From the NCBI GenBank assembly GCA_963667035.1, contig OY762964.1, forward strand, positions 928,001 through 992,000: DNA of 64,000 nt, written 5' to 3'. Source of the DNA: Candidatus Cloacimonadales bacterium. GTDB lineage: Bacteria > Cloacimonadota > Cloacimonadia > Cloacimonadales > JAFGVF01. Made by a program: the position numbers and the translations under genes. The notes beneath the pieces are model-generated. The model saw only the letters and a program-made list of their open reading frames with translations. It did not search any database and had not been told where the DNA came from. Every line of letters starts with the position of its first letter. Within the stretch, counting starts at the first letter, position 1. Below, piece by piece: positions 53,480 to 64,000 of the stretch.

Positions 53480-54538
53480 TCACCTATTCGAATAATTTGT
53501 TTCAATCCAAGTAAGGTATTCACCGCTTTTTATATTATCCATCCAAGCTTTATTTGCTAAATACCATTTAATTGTTCTTCGAATTCCTTCTGCAAAATCT
53601 ACGCTTAACTCAAAACCTAGCTCTGTTTTCAATTTATCCATATTGATAGCATATCTCCAGTCATGTCCCGGTCTGTCCTTAACGTAAGTAATCAAGTTTT
53701 TAAAGTATTCTTTCTCTTCATTCATTTCTTCAGCCATGAGTTCGCAAAGAGTGTTCACAATATCAATGTTCTTAATTTCATTCTCACCACCGATATTATA
53801 TGTTTCTCCTCTTTTGCCTTTAGTTATAATTGTCCATATAGCTCTACAGTGGTCTTCTACATAAAGCCAGTCTCTAACATTGAGACCTTTACCATAAACC
53901 GGAAGTGGCTTACTTTCTAACATGTTGTTAATCATAACAGGAATAAGCTTCTCAGGGAATTGATACGGACCATAATTGTTTGAGCAATTTGAAATTGTCA
54001 CAGGTAACCCATAAGTATGATAATAAGCACTCACCAGATGGTCACTAGAAGCTTTCGAAGCTGAATAAGGTGAATGGGGATCATAAGCCGTTGTTTCATA
54101 AAAGAAACCCTCGTCAGTCAATGAACCATATACTTCATCAGTAGATACATGATGAAACAGGACATCTTTTTTGTCATTCCAATACTTTCTAGCACATTCC
54201 AATAAATTAAAAGTTCCATTTATATTTGTGTCTATAAATTCCTTAGGACCTGTTATCGAACGATCAACATGGCTTTCTGCAGCAAAATGTACTACTATAT
54301 CCGGATTATATCTCATAAACACTTTATCAAGAGAATCATAGTCGGCAATATCTACTTTCTCAAAATGATAATTCTCTGGGAAGCGATTACTAATATCGTT
54401 TAAACTAAGCGGATTCCCTGCATAGGTCAATTTGTCAACATTCACAACGTTGAGATTCTCTCCATTCAATGAAAAAAGGTAATGGATAAAATTTGAACCG
54501 ATAAATCCGGCTCCTCCTGTAACTAATAATGTTTTCAT
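53480..54538 (-). CDS. rfbB: dTDP-glucose 4,6-dehydratase
   Basis: [62 protein letters not shown]. Confidence 0.96.
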   Translation of the reverse strand: MKTLLVTGGAGFIGSNFIHYLFSLNGENLNVVNVDKLTYAGNPLSLNDISNRFPENYHFEKVDIADYDSLDKVFMRYNPDIVVHFAAESHVDRSITGPKEFIDTNINGTFNLLECARKYWNDKKDVLFHHVSTDEVYGSLTDEGFFYETTAYDPHSPYSASKASSDHLVSAYYHTYGLPVTISNCSNNYGPYQFPEKLIPVMINNMLESKPLPVYGKGLNVRDWLYVEDHCRAIWTIITKGKRGETYNIGGENEIKNIDIVNTLCELMAEEMNEEKEYFKNLITYVKDRPGHDWRYAINMDKLKTELGFELSVDFAEGIRRTIKWYLANKAWMDNIKSGEYLTWIETNYSNR

Positions 54539-54539
54539 G

Positions 54540-55925
54540 TTACCTCAATTTCTTTTCTTTTATCATTTTGTATAGCGTTAATATATTAATCAATAAGCTA
54601 CCAAGGATTATAGCTTGGGCACTATATGTAAATCTATTAGAATCATGTAAAGTAATTGTTAGAGCATTTGCCAATGGAAAGTATCCTATAAAGAATATGA
54701 GTGTTAAGGAATAGATGTTTTTGAGTATAGATTTTCTTATTACAGCAAGTATCAACACTATTATTGTTGTAATTAGCCAGCCAAAACTAACCATAAGATA
54801 CATTAATTTATAGGCAAGTATAATGATTGATGGTAGTACAATGTTTTGAGGCTCAGCATCGTAAGTTACACTACTAAATCTGAAGCTGTTTAAAAACGAG
54901 AAGACTCTTAAAGGGAATAAATCAGCTTGCGTTAATCTTGAGCTAATCCATGTATAGTAGCCTTTCAAAATTTTATATGCTTCTTCATTACTATGACTTT
55001 TAAGAAGCTTATTGTATACTTTTTGTTTTGTAGAGTATCCATTTTGATATTGTAACAGATTTCTTCCTACATATTTCAATAATGAACCTTCAGTTATCGA
55101 TTCTTTACTTTTCCCTAATAGCTCTTCTTTTGTTTCAATACCCAATCTGTTTACTTCTTCATATTCTACAGGGACAACAAGAGTTGAATCAATAAAAATA
55201 GAGCAGTGATTAGCTCCGGGAACACCTCCAACTATCGGGATTAGCTTAAACTGATTATGTACGATTTGATTTCTCAAGCTCCAAGAAAATAATATTATAG
55301 TAAAAGGAAGAAGAAATAAAACTAAGTTTATCAGAGTTCTCTTAAAATCCTTTTGTTTAACCCCAAACAGAATAAGCGATAAAACACCGGCAAAACAGAC
55401 ACCTATTGTATTGTATCTTGCTAAAAATGTTAATCCGAATAAAGTTCCAGATAATATAAGCTCAGTCCTACTAGAGCTTCTTAAAAAGCAATACAGAGAA
55501 TACAATCCGCACATAAATAGGAATATTGTTAATGTTTCAGTAAGAATGAAGAATCCGTTGTTTATTACGGTTAAGTTTAAAAAAAATGTTATAGATGCTA
55601 AATAACTTAACCAAGGTTTACTTGTAATTCCATATACAAGCAAGAAGATTAAAAAGCCGGTTATGGCAATCATAACAAATTGTATGACAACTACATACTT
55701 TAGATAATGATTCGGTGCTATTTTCTGAATAGGAGCCATCATAAGAGGATATAGAGGAGAACGTCTTGGGGTGTCATTCTCGATACCAAGCTCGCCATTA
55801 AAAACTTTAGCTTGTCTTATGTAACTAACGGCATCTCCTTCTATTACGGGTTCAAATTTGATTGCAGTGATAACGAAATACACTAGGGCAATAACTAGGA
55901 AGATTAAACTGTGTTTTTTCATCAT
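54540..55925 (-). CDS. GT-C fold (ArnT/PMT-like) membrane glycosyltransferase
   Basis: Multi-TM protein with GDAVSY, RSPLYP, ILTETL, LARYN and C-terminal NRFT. Confidence 0.75.
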   Translation of the reverse strand: MMKKHSLIFLVIALVYFVITAIKFEPVIEGDAVSYIRQAKVFNGELGIENDTPRRSPLYPLMMAPIQKIAPNHYLKYVVVIQFVMIAITGFLIFLLVYGITSKPWLSYLASITFFLNLTVINNGFFILTETLTIFLFMCGLYSLYCFLRSSSRTELILSGTLFGLTFLARYNTIGVCFAGVLSLILFGVKQKDFKRTLINLVLFLLPFTIILFSWSLRNQIVHNQFKLIPIVGGVPGANHCSIFIDSTLVVPVEYEEVNRLGIETKEELLGKSKESITEGSLLKYVGRNLLQYQNGYSTKQKVYNKLLKSHSNEEAYKILKGYYTWISSRLTQADLFPLRVFSFLNSFRFSSVTYDAEPQNIVLPSIIILAYKLMYLMVSFGWLITTIIVLILAVIRKSILKNIYSLTLIFFIGYFPLANALTITLHDSNRFTYSAQAIILGSLLINILTLYKMIKEKKLR

Positions 55926-56134
55926 ATTCCTTTACATATATGCATATCTCAAGACAAATGATAGATTACATATAGTCAATTTATTTCTCAGTTAATATTT
56001 ATGCTTTACATATTAGGAATGTTTTACACAAATGAATACTTAACATGACATATATGAGAAATATTGAAACAGGATTTGCGAAATTGCTCATAAACACTAT
56101 ACTTTAGTTATTACACACACAAAATACTACATGG

Positions 56135-58540
56135 ATGATGAAGATTATGCAGCAAAATAAAAGTTTTTTAAGGATTATAATTGTTATTTTCCTGTTAACG
56201 GTAGCTATAACATCAACTTTGCAACATATTAATTTAAAGAGAAACTTAAACTCTTGGTTAGATGAGAACCTACAGCACAGTGTTTTAGCTCTTACTTCAA
56301 TTGAAGAAGACTTTGATGCTTTTAGCTCAAAGACAATTAATGTAATTAATGCTGATGAAGAAGTATCTAAACTAGTTGAGAAAGCAAACATATTGCACAA
56401 AGTTTCTGTTGAATCAATAAATAGTATCCAATCAATATTGGATTCAGACTTGAATACTTATCTTGCAAGTGAAAATAATCAATACAGTTATATTAATTCT
56501 TATCAAGAAAGTGAGTACTTAATTAAGCTTTTTGCAAAAAAGGCTGATAGTAATTTACTTGAGAATGCAAAGGCATACAATAGGGCAGAGACAAGTCTTA
56601 ATTCAATCAGACAACAGATATTTAAATTAATTCTTCCTGTTTATCAAATCAGCTATCCAAACAACATAGACCAGATAAGAGTTTTTCTATATGACATGAC
56701 AGTACTGGTTTCTATCAGTGATGAGAGTGGATTTAACCCGTTAGTAAATAGATTTGGTTATCAATCCGATATCCCTGAGTTAAATAAACTTACCTGTGAT
56801 AAGGGATTAAACATAAAAGCAAATGACCACGATTATCTAGCCTTAAGAAATATTGTCCCATTCCATGAAAATAATACCATTATTGGAGCAATTGAATGTA
56901 GTCTGGGATTGATAAGTGTTAATGAGTTGTTGCATAAACGTAGTAGATCTTCTTCGAATATTTTATGGCTTAAAGATGATTCCTTTGGTCACTCTAATAA
57001 TATGGCATTTTTAGAGAAAACAAAGTTTAAAGATGGATTCTCTTTATGTCAGGCGTCATCAGAACATGATGGAAAGCTTTCACTTGTTTCTTCTGCTTTA
57101 GAGAGAAATTATTACGGTGAGATTAGAGATAAGTTTTATGATTACAATTCATTTGTAATTATGCTGAAAATCGATAATGAAAGTAATTTTGCCACATTCC
57201 TACCCATTACAGACAGTGTGAATGAGCATTACGGGTATTTCATCAGCTTGATTAATAGCGACTACTTTAGAACGATTTCTCATAAAAAATATACATCAAT
57301 ATTGTTAACTTCCGTTTTTATTGCAGCTATTCTAATGATATTATATTTCATTCAGTGTAAGAGGAATGAGAAATCCAGGGTAAACCAAGCTTTAGGAACT
57401 GTTACTGAAAAGCTCTTGGAAGGATTGTTTGTTGTAAATCGAAACGGCAAGGTAAGATTTGTTAATAAGGCCGGTACTTTATTCCTAGGAATGCAAAAAG
57501 ATAACATTATAGATTCTAATGTAAGCGAGTTACTAAGAAAAATTGAGTTTGCTGATAGTGTAAACTGGGAAACAATTATCAATGATATTGATAAGAACGG
57601 GTACTACACAAATGATGAAGGAATCATTGAATTAGAACAAGTTACGATAGCCGCTAGTATAATGGCTATATATATAGCCCCACATGAAGAGATCATACAT
57701 GATTTTCAAGATAGTATAGTTCTGATGTTAAATGATATAACCCATCATAAACTCTATGAACGTCAGTTGTTATATGCGAAACAGGATGCTGAGACTAGTG
57801 ATAGACTTAAATCAACATTCTTGAATAACTTCTCACATGAGATTAGAACACCTCTTAACTCTATTGTTGGTTTCTCATATCTTCTCAAGAACGAAGAAAC
57901 CCCTCAAGAAACTGTTGATAGATATGTGGATATTATTCATACTAATTCTGAATATCTCCTTAAAGTAGTACAGAATATCATAGAGATATCTCAACTTGAA
58001 CAGGATGAATATAAGCTTTATCCTGCTGAATTTAGCCTTAATGGCATGATGCATGATTTGTTTAGAGACTTCGAAAGAAACATCAATGATTCAAGAAAAC
58101 CAATTAAACTAATCTGTAAAACAGGTCTTGATAATAATGAAGATATGGTATACAGTGATTCTAAACGCTTAAAAGCAGTTCTAGAGCACTTACTAGATAA
58201 TGCTGTTAAGTTCACAGAACTAGGAGAGATAGAGTTTGGTTATAAACAACAGTACGAAGGTACACTCATGTTTTGGGTTCGTGATACAGGAATAGGAATT
58301 GATTCATCTGAGCAATGCAGAGTTTTCAAACCATTCTATCAGATTAAAGATGGTAATCATATCAAATTTTCAGGTACAGGGCTTGGATTGTCAATTGCTT
58401 CCAGAGTTGTTCAGTTAATGGGTGGTAATCTATGGTTGGAATCTGAATACACTCAGGGTAGTACACTGCAGTTTGAGATACCGTTAATTACAAAGAAAGA
58501 TATTGAAGATGAGTTAAATCTTTTAGGAATTGAGAGTTAA
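56135..58540 (+). CDS. Membrane sensor histidine kinase with large extracytoplasmic domain and PAS
   Basis: Two TMs flanking about 350 aa; FLNNFSHEIRTPLNSIVG, LLDNAVKFT, DTGIGI, GTGLGL. Confidence 0.9.
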   Translation: MMKIMQQNKSFLRIIIVIFLLTVAITSTLQHINLKRNLNSWLDENLQHSVLALTSIEEDFDAFSSKTINVINADEEVSKLVEKANILHKVSVESINSIQSILDSDLNTYLASENNQYSYINSYQESEYLIKLFAKKADSNLLENAKAYNRAETSLNSIRQQIFKLILPVYQISYPNNIDQIRVFLYDMTVLVSISDESGFNPLVNRFGYQSDIPELNKLTCDKGLNIKANDHDYLALRNIVPFHENNTIIGAIECSLGLISVNELLHKRSRSSSNILWLKDDSFGHSNNMAFLEKTKFKDGFSLCQASSEHDGKLSLVSSALERNYYGEIRDKFYDYNSFVIMLKIDNESNFATFLPITDSVNEHYGYFISLINSDYFRTISHKKYTSILLTSVFIAAILMILYFIQCKRNEKSRVNQALGTVTEKLLEGLFVVNRNGKVRFVNKAGTLFLGMQKDNIIDSNVSELLRKIEFADSVNWETIINDIDKNGYYTNDEGIIELEQVTIAASIMAIYIAPHEEIIHDFQDSIVLMLNDITHHKLYERQLLYAKQDAETSDRLKSTFLNNFSHEIRTPLNSIVGFSYLLKNEETPQETVDRYVDIIHTNSEYLLKVVQNIIEISQLEQDEYKLYPAEFSLNGMMHDLFRDFERNINDSRKPIKLICKTGLDNNEDMVYSDSKRLKAVLEHLLDNAVKFTELGEIEFGYKQQYEGTLMFWVRDTGIGIDSSEQCRVFKPFYQIKDGNHIKFSGTGLGLSIASRVVQLMGGNLWLESEYTQGSTLQFEIPLITKKDIEDELNLLGIES

Positions 58541-58563
58541 TCAGTATAGACGATGAAATAGAG

Positions 58564-58589
58564 AATCCGGTCAGAAAACTGACCGGATT
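58564..58589. terminator. Bidirectional terminator
   Basis: AATCCGGTCAG-AAAA-CTGACCGGATT between convergent genes. Confidence 0.8.
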
Positions 58590-58607
58590 TGTTTATCACA
58601 TTATAAA

Positions 58608-59981
58608 CTAGAGGATATATTTTGATAAATCTTCATTATGAACTAATTCGCCCAATCTCTCATTAACCATTTCAGTGGTAACTACAACCTTCTTAATTTT
58701 CTTATCAGGCATCATGAATTGATAATCTTCAAGTAGTTTGTTAAGGATTGTTTGCAGACGTCTTGCTCCAATATCTTCCATCATTTCGTTTGCTTGGAAG
58801 GAGTATTCTGCAATGGCACTTATTGCTTCTTTCTCGAAAGTCAGCTTTACTTTCTCTGCACCGAAGATAGCCTGATACTGCTTTGTTAGAGCTGTCTCCG
58901 GTTCAACAAGAATTCTTTCAAAATCTTCTTTTGTGAGACTTTTCAATTCTTCTCTAATCGGGAAACGGCCTTGAAGTTCAGGGATCAAGTCAGAAGGCTT
59001 AGCTATATGAAAAGCACCTGCAGCGATAAAAAGAATATGGGATGTGTTAATCATTCCATGTTTTGTCGGGACATTTGAACCTTCTACTATAGGGAGTAAA
59101 TCGCGTTGAACACCGCTTCTGGATACATCAGCTCCATGCCTTTCTTTATTTTCAGCAATCTTATCAATCTCATCAATAAAGATGATTCCGTTACTTTCGA
59201 CTCTTTCTTTGGCTATTTGAATAACTTCTTCTTTCTTCACAAGATTGCTTGCTTCAGATTCAGTAAGTATTCTCAGAGCTTCTGATATCTTAGATTTTTT
59301 ATTTTTCCTTTTATTTCTTCCAGGCATGATATTGTTAATCATATCATTGAAGTTAAAGTCCATTGTTTCCATATTAACATTGGAAAAAACCTCAATATGA
59401 GAAGCTTTAGGACCTTCATCTACCTGTATCTCAATTTCTTTATCATCCAACTCGCCATTTTCAAGTCTCTCAGCCATCTTATCTCTGGAGCGCTTAGCTC
59501 TTGCTAATCTCTCTTCATATTCTTCAGTTGTTTCTGAGTCCCGTCTACTATTATCAGGGGGTGTAAGTAATTTGTTTAAAACTTTTTCAAAAGCTATTTT
59601 CTTAGCTTTACCTTGAACTTGCTCTATTAACTCAGCTCTTACTTGATTAATAGCTATATCAAAAAGCTCTCTTATCATTGATTCAACATCACGACCAACG
59701 TAACCGATTTCTGTGAATTTGGAAGCTTCAACTTTTATAAAAGGTGCATTCGCTAATCTAGAGAGTCTTCTAGCTATTTCTGTTTTACCTACTCCGGTAG
59801 GTCCAATCAATATAATGTTATTTGGAACAATCTCGTTTTGCAATTGTCCTTCAACTTGTTGTCTTCTCCATCTGTTTCTTAATGCAATTGCAACAGCCTT
59901 CTTAGCATTTGTTTGTCCTATAATATATTTATCTAGTTCCTCAACAATACGCTTAGGGGTTAAATCACTGACTTCTACCAT
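58608..59981 (-). CDS. hslU: HslU ATPase subunit
   Basis: LRNRWRR, GPTGVGKTEIARR, KVEASKFTE, FIDEIDK, GVQRDLLP, ELQGRFPIR, IGARRL, DLSKYIL. Confidence 0.97.
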   Translation of the reverse strand: MVEVSDLTPKRIVEELDKYIIGQTNAKKAVAIALRNRWRRQQVEGQLQNEIVPNNIILIGPTGVGKTEIARRLSRLANAPFIKVEASKFTEIGYVGRDVESMIRELFDIAINQVRAELIEQVQGKAKKIAFEKVLNKLLTPPDNSRRDSETTEEYEERLARAKRSRDKMAERLENGELDDKEIEIQVDEGPKASHIEVFSNVNMETMDFNFNDMINNIMPGRNKRKNKKSKISEALRILTESEASNLVKKEEVIQIAKERVESNGIIFIDEIDKIAENKERHGADVSRSGVQRDLLPIVEGSNVPTKHGMINTSHILFIAAGAFHIAKPSDLIPELQGRFPIREELKSLTKEDFERILVEPETALTKQYQAIFGAEKVKLTFEKEAISAIAEYSFQANEMMEDIGARRLQTILNKLLEDYQFMMPDKKIKKVVVTTEMVNERLGELVHNEDLSKYIL

Positions 59982-60515
59982 TTATAACTCCTCTACTACC
60001 AGATTATGGTTTGTGTAAATACAGATATCGGCTGCAATATGGAGAGATTTCTCAGCTATCTCTCGAGCTGAAAAATCAGTATTATCATATAGTGCTCTTG
60101 CCGATGATAAGGCATAATTACCTCCTGACCCTATAGTGATTATATTGTCATCTGATTCCAACACATCACCAAGTCCGCTGATTAATAATAAACCATCTTT
60201 ATCGCCAACAATTATCATGGCTTCCAATTTTCTCAAAACTCTATCCGATCTCCATGCTTTTGCTAGTTCAACAGCTGCTTTTTTCAGATTCCCTTTTGTT
60301 GCTTTTAAATTCTCTTCAAAGCGTTCGAAAAGAGTAAATGCATCAGCTGTTGCTCCTGCAAATCCGGCAACTACATTACCATTGTATAATTTTCTTATTT
60401 TTAGAGCTTTACCTTTTATGACAGTATTGCCAAGAGTAACTTGTCCGTCTCCGGCAATGACAGTTTTCCCATTCTTTCTAACACCGATTATGGTAGTTCC
60501 ATGAAAAGCTTCCAC
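59982..60515 (-). CDS. hslV: HslV protease subunit
   Basis: GTTI (catalytic Thr), [32 protein letters not shown]. Confidence 0.97.
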   Translation of the reverse strand: MEAFHGTTIIGVRKNGKTVIAGDGQVTLGNTVIKGKALKIRKLYNGNVVAGFAGATADAFTLFERFEENLKATKGNLKKAAVELAKAWRSDRVLRKLEAMIIVGDKDGLLLISGLGDVLESDDNIITIGSGGNYALSSARALYDNTDFSAREIAEKSLHIAADICIYTNHNLVVEEL

Positions 60516-60819
60516 TTATCACCTCCATGATGAGTTTTATCAATCAAACACTACGACTGCTAATTTGTCAAGGAATATTCTATTTATACTCTTGTTATGA
60601 ATACAATCAAAAGAAGTTGATTACTTCTTCAAGTTATTTCTATGGATTACTTTAAATTAACTTGAATAACTTCACTCATTTTCCGTTTTGCCTTGTGATT
60701 TGATATACAGCAAGTTACAAAAGTTTCATTATTTATAAACGCTATTTATTTAGTATATAAATGTTGACAAAGTTGTTTACGGTTAATAATAAAGACTAAC
60801 TGGATGGGAGGTTACAAAT

Positions 60820-62616
60820 ATGAATATATTAGGAATTAATGCTTTTGATCAAAATCCTGCTGCTTGTTTAGTTATCGATGGTAAATTAGTAGGCTTCTCA
60901 CATGAAGAAAGATTTAACAGGTTAAAGTGTTCTCATAAAATGTTTCCATCATTGGCAATCAATTGGTTATTGAAAAGTAATAGAATGACGTTGTCTGATA
61001 TAGATATAATAGCATTTGGCTGGAATGTAGATAAGTATCCTTATAAAATGTTAGGTCACTTGGCCAAGCAAGCAGTTAAATCAAAGTTTATAAATTCACC
61101 ATATAAGCATAAAAACTATAAAAATGCAAGTATAGTTGCAGGACTGGAGGAATTGTTACATTTTAATAGAAAAGGATTATCTCAAAAGATACGAGATAGT
61201 CTTAGAGAAAGTGGACATAGTGGGGATATACCAAAAATAGAATTCAGAGATCATCATCTCTCGCATGCCTACCAATCATTCTATCAATCTTCGTTTGAAA
61301 AATCAATAGTGTTAGTAGCCGATGGTCACGGGGAGGAATATTGTATATCAGGATATTTAGTAGATAAAGGTGAGTTTAAGAGAATTTATTCCAAGGTTAT
61401 ACCTTACTCATTAGGGTGGTTTTACAGTGGATTCACAGCTTATCTTGGTTTCCATCCTAACAGAGATGAAGGTAAATTGATGGGGCTAGCTGCATATGGT
61501 GAGTATAATAGAGATAATAATCCTTGGTTAGAAAGACTAGATAAAATACTTAAGATAAACGAGACCGGTTTTGAGATGAATCCTTATTACTTTAAAATGG
61601 GTAACAACTCTTTCCATTCAAGATATACTGATAATTTATATAAATTCATTACGGATTATGATTCAACAATGACACCATTACATGTTAATGAAATTTACAA
61701 TAAAACAGGTAAATATAAGTATTTGGAACAGAAATACATTGATTTGGCTTTTGCTTCTCAAACAAAGCTCGAGGAAGCTCTATCTTCAATAGTGTCTTAC
61801 ATGGTAAAGCAGACAGGAGTTACTAACCTTTGCACTGCCGGAGGTGTATTTATGAATTGTAAAGCAAATAGAGCAATATTAGATAATAGTGGAATAAAAA
61901 ATATATTTATACATCCTGCTTCTTCTGATGATGGTTCAGCAATAGGAGCTGCATTTATTCTGGCAAAGGAATGTGGTGATAATCCGAGAAACATTCTTAC
62001 AAATGTACAGCAAGGAGCATCTTTTTCCAATGACGACGTTCTTAAAGCTGTAAAATCTGCGGGACTCAAATTTTTAACACCAGAAGATATTACTTCTGAT
62101 ACTGCGAAATTGTTATCGGAAGGTAAATATGCTGGATGGTTCCAAGGAGCTTCTGAAATGGGGGCAAGAGCTTTAGGAGGAAGATCAATAATTGCTTCTC
62201 CTCATGATGTTGAAACTAAAACTAACATCAACAGAAGAGTTAAATTTAGAGAAGAATGGAGACCATATTGTCCGTCAATGCTTTATGAAACAAAAGATAA
62301 ATATTTAGTAAATGCAGTAGAATCTCCATTTATGATACTTGCTTCTGAAGCAACTGAAGCTCTTAAGAAGTGTGCAAAAGCTACTGTACATATAGATGGT
62401 ACAGTCCGCCCACAGACTGTTAGGAAAGAGTACTTACCTAAGTGGTACGAGATGATTAAAAATGTCGGTGAATTTACCAATAATCCTGTAGTACTAAATA
62501 CTTCCTTTAATGTCAGAGGAGAGCCTATTGTGAATTCTCCTTTCGATGCAATAAGAACTTTTTATTCAACAGGGCTTGATTTTCTTGCTATCGAAGATGT
62601 ATTGATAATGAAATAA
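60820..62616 (+). CDS. O-carbamoyltransferase (NodU/CmcH/TobZ family)
   Basis: EERFNR, HHLSHA, DGHGE, EGKLMGLAAYG, AGGVFMNC, GARALGGRS, VKFREEWRP, HIDGTVRPQ, LNTSFN. Confidence 0.93.
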   Translation: MNILGINAFDQNPAACLVIDGKLVGFSHEERFNRLKCSHKMFPSLAINWLLKSNRMTLSDIDIIAFGWNVDKYPYKMLGHLAKQAVKSKFINSPYKHKNYKNASIVAGLEELLHFNRKGLSQKIRDSLRESGHSGDIPKIEFRDHHLSHAYQSFYQSSFEKSIVLVADGHGEEYCISGYLVDKGEFKRIYSKVIPYSLGWFYSGFTAYLGFHPNRDEGKLMGLAAYGEYNRDNNPWLERLDKILKINETGFEMNPYYFKMGNNSFHSRYTDNLYKFITDYDSTMTPLHVNEIYNKTGKYKYLEQKYIDLAFASQTKLEEALSSIVSYMVKQTGVTNLCTAGGVFMNCKANRAILDNSGIKNIFIHPASSDDGSAIGAAFILAKECGDNPRNILTNVQQGASFSNDDVLKAVKSAGLKFLTPEDITSDTAKLLSEGKYAGWFQGASEMGARALGGRSIIASPHDVETKTNINRRVKFREEWRPYCPSMLYETKDKYLVNAVESPFMILASEATEALKKCAKATVHIDGTVRPQTVRKEYLPKWYEMIKNVGEFTNNPVVLNTSFNVRGEPIVNSPFDAIRTFYSTGLDFLAIEDVLIMK

Positions 62617-62826
62617 CTACTTTGAAGATAGTAAAATGGGTATTTATTACAGAATGTTTGATAATAGCTGTTATATGTAAGGAAGAGGTATTTGTGTGTT
62701 GGGTATGAAACGGTTTCATAACGAAAATATTCACATTTATGATATAATCAATGATTCCGATTAAAAAATTAAGAGAGTCATTTGGAACAGTTTTACTCAA
62801 GCACATACTTATATACTGGAGGAGAA

Positions 62827-63915
62827 ATGATAAGATGTTCAAAGTGCTTACTACCTCAAGATTTACCGGGAAGCAATTTCAATAGCGAAGGTGAATGTTA
62901 TTGGTGCCAGACTAATTTTCCCGGTTATAGTCCTGTAGGAAATGAGAAATTAAGAGAGATGTTGGCAAAGAATAGAGTTAATGATGATAATGCGGATTGT
63001 CTTGTTGGTTTTAGTGGTGGAAAAGATAGTACTTATGCTTTGTTAAGACTAAAGAATGAATATGGAATGAAGGTTGAAGCTTTCACTTACGTGCATGAAG
63101 GCACGAAATCTTTTTCTTTGGAGAATGCTAAAAATATATGCAAGAGTAATGGCATAAAGCATCATATTGTGAGCTTGAAGAATGAAGCACATTTAAAATC
63201 TTTTAAGGATTACTTTAAGGCATGGATTAATAATCCTACACCTACTAGTGCAAACATGACTTGTGTAGCATGTAAGCATTTGCATGTTTTAGGTTCCCAA
63301 ATTGCTGTTGATAGGAAAATACCAATGATAATATGGGCTAGTAGTCCATTGGAGTACGCTCCATTTCTAGCTATAAAGCATAAGACGGGAGCGAGTAACT
63401 TTCAAAGAGATGGGATGAGTAAAAGTGGTGTTCTTATGGTTAAGGAAATGCTCAGTTCTCCTACGTTCACAAAAGGTGTGTTGAAAAATTTCAATACAAC
63501 TCTCTATGGATGCCTTTCAGTCTTCCCCTCTTCGTCTTATTTAAAGAAGAGATTTCCTACTGTAAAACCTGTTATGTTTTTTGAGTTTGAGAATTGGGAT
63601 CCTCCTATGATGATAGAGTATATTAACTCATGTTCAGAATGGATTAAGCCTAAAGAAGTAAAAGAGGACTGGCATTCAGATTGTGTCTTCAATATTTTTA
63701 AAGAGTATATGTTTCAAAAGATGTATGGAGCAAGTTATACAGATGCTTTTCTTAGTAATCAGGTACGCTATGGCATGATTAGCAGAGAGAAGGCTTATGA
63801 GAGGTTACTACAAAGTAAGAAATACTTTGCTAAGGCAGTTATAGAAGAACTTAAAACTCTTGATTTGATGGAACTTGAATCAAAGATTGATTTATCGTGC
63901 TTTGATGTAGATTAG
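62827..63915 (+). CDS. PP-loop N-acetyl-sugar amidotransferase-like protein (WbpG/WbuX-type)
   Basis: CSKC...CYWC, DCLVGFSGGKDS, CVAC, WHSDC, LSNQVRYGMISREKA. GGAGG RBS before ATG 62827. Confidence 0.75.
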   Translation: MIRCSKCLLPQDLPGSNFNSEGECYWCQTNFPGYSPVGNEKLREMLAKNRVNDDNADCLVGFSGGKDSTYALLRLKNEYGMKVEAFTYVHEGTKSFSLENAKNICKSNGIKHHIVSLKNEAHLKSFKDYFKAWINNPTPTSANMTCVACKHLHVLGSQIAVDRKIPMIIWASSPLEYAPFLAIKHKTGASNFQRDGMSKSGVLMVKEMLSSPTFTKGVLKNFNTTLYGCLSVFPSSSYLKKRFPTVKPVMFFEFENWDPPMMIEYINSCSEWIKPKEVKEDWHSDCVFNIFKEYMFQKMYGASYTDAFLSNQVRYGMISREKAYERLLQSKKYFAKAVIEELKTLDLMELESKIDLSCFDVD

Positions 63916-64000
63916 ACTAAAACATGTCGGTTATTGAAAATTTATGGAAGACGAGATAGCCAATATTACTGATTTGCATTTTATCAACGTGGAATTTATC

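Overview
AT-rich bacterial chromosome segment, probably from a Cloacimonadota (WWE1)-like anaerobic diderm. This is inferred from two secreted proteins ending in FlgD-Ig/T9SS-CTD-like tails, the LPS genes waaA/hldA/hldC and a 151-aa orphan. Core genes: fba-gap, nadE, nfuA-like, tdh, hppA, PEP carboxykinase, purF, hslVU, four histidine kinases and a sigma-54 activator. Accessory content: (i) a compositionally foreign, translationally coupled three-gene SIR2 - HerA - KTSC operon (18636-21934), the best candidate for an undescribed anti-phage system variant; (ii) an intact IS1182-family element that duplicated a 24-bp palindromic terminator; (iii) two IS remnants missed by the ORF track; (iv) a surface-glycan decoration region with unusual enzymes (MaoC, two CitE-like lyases, LUD, PaaK/CapK-like, beta-propeller, AlaDH/carboxyethyl-ornithine-synthase-like, Wzx, ATP-grasp, acyltransferase, GT2, RfbB, GT-C), plus a carbamoyltransferase/amidotransferase pair. 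Non-coding patterns: three intergenic arrays with 11-bp phasing, two of them next to an inverted DnaA-box-like pair in the same geometry; an attC-like hairpin; and a strong CCGG bias at synonymous sites in host genes. The membrane pyrophosphatase carries a duplicated Cys5/His-rich C-terminal tail. No rRNA, tRNA or CRISPR array was recognised. All family assignments come from motif recognition by eye, not from database searches.
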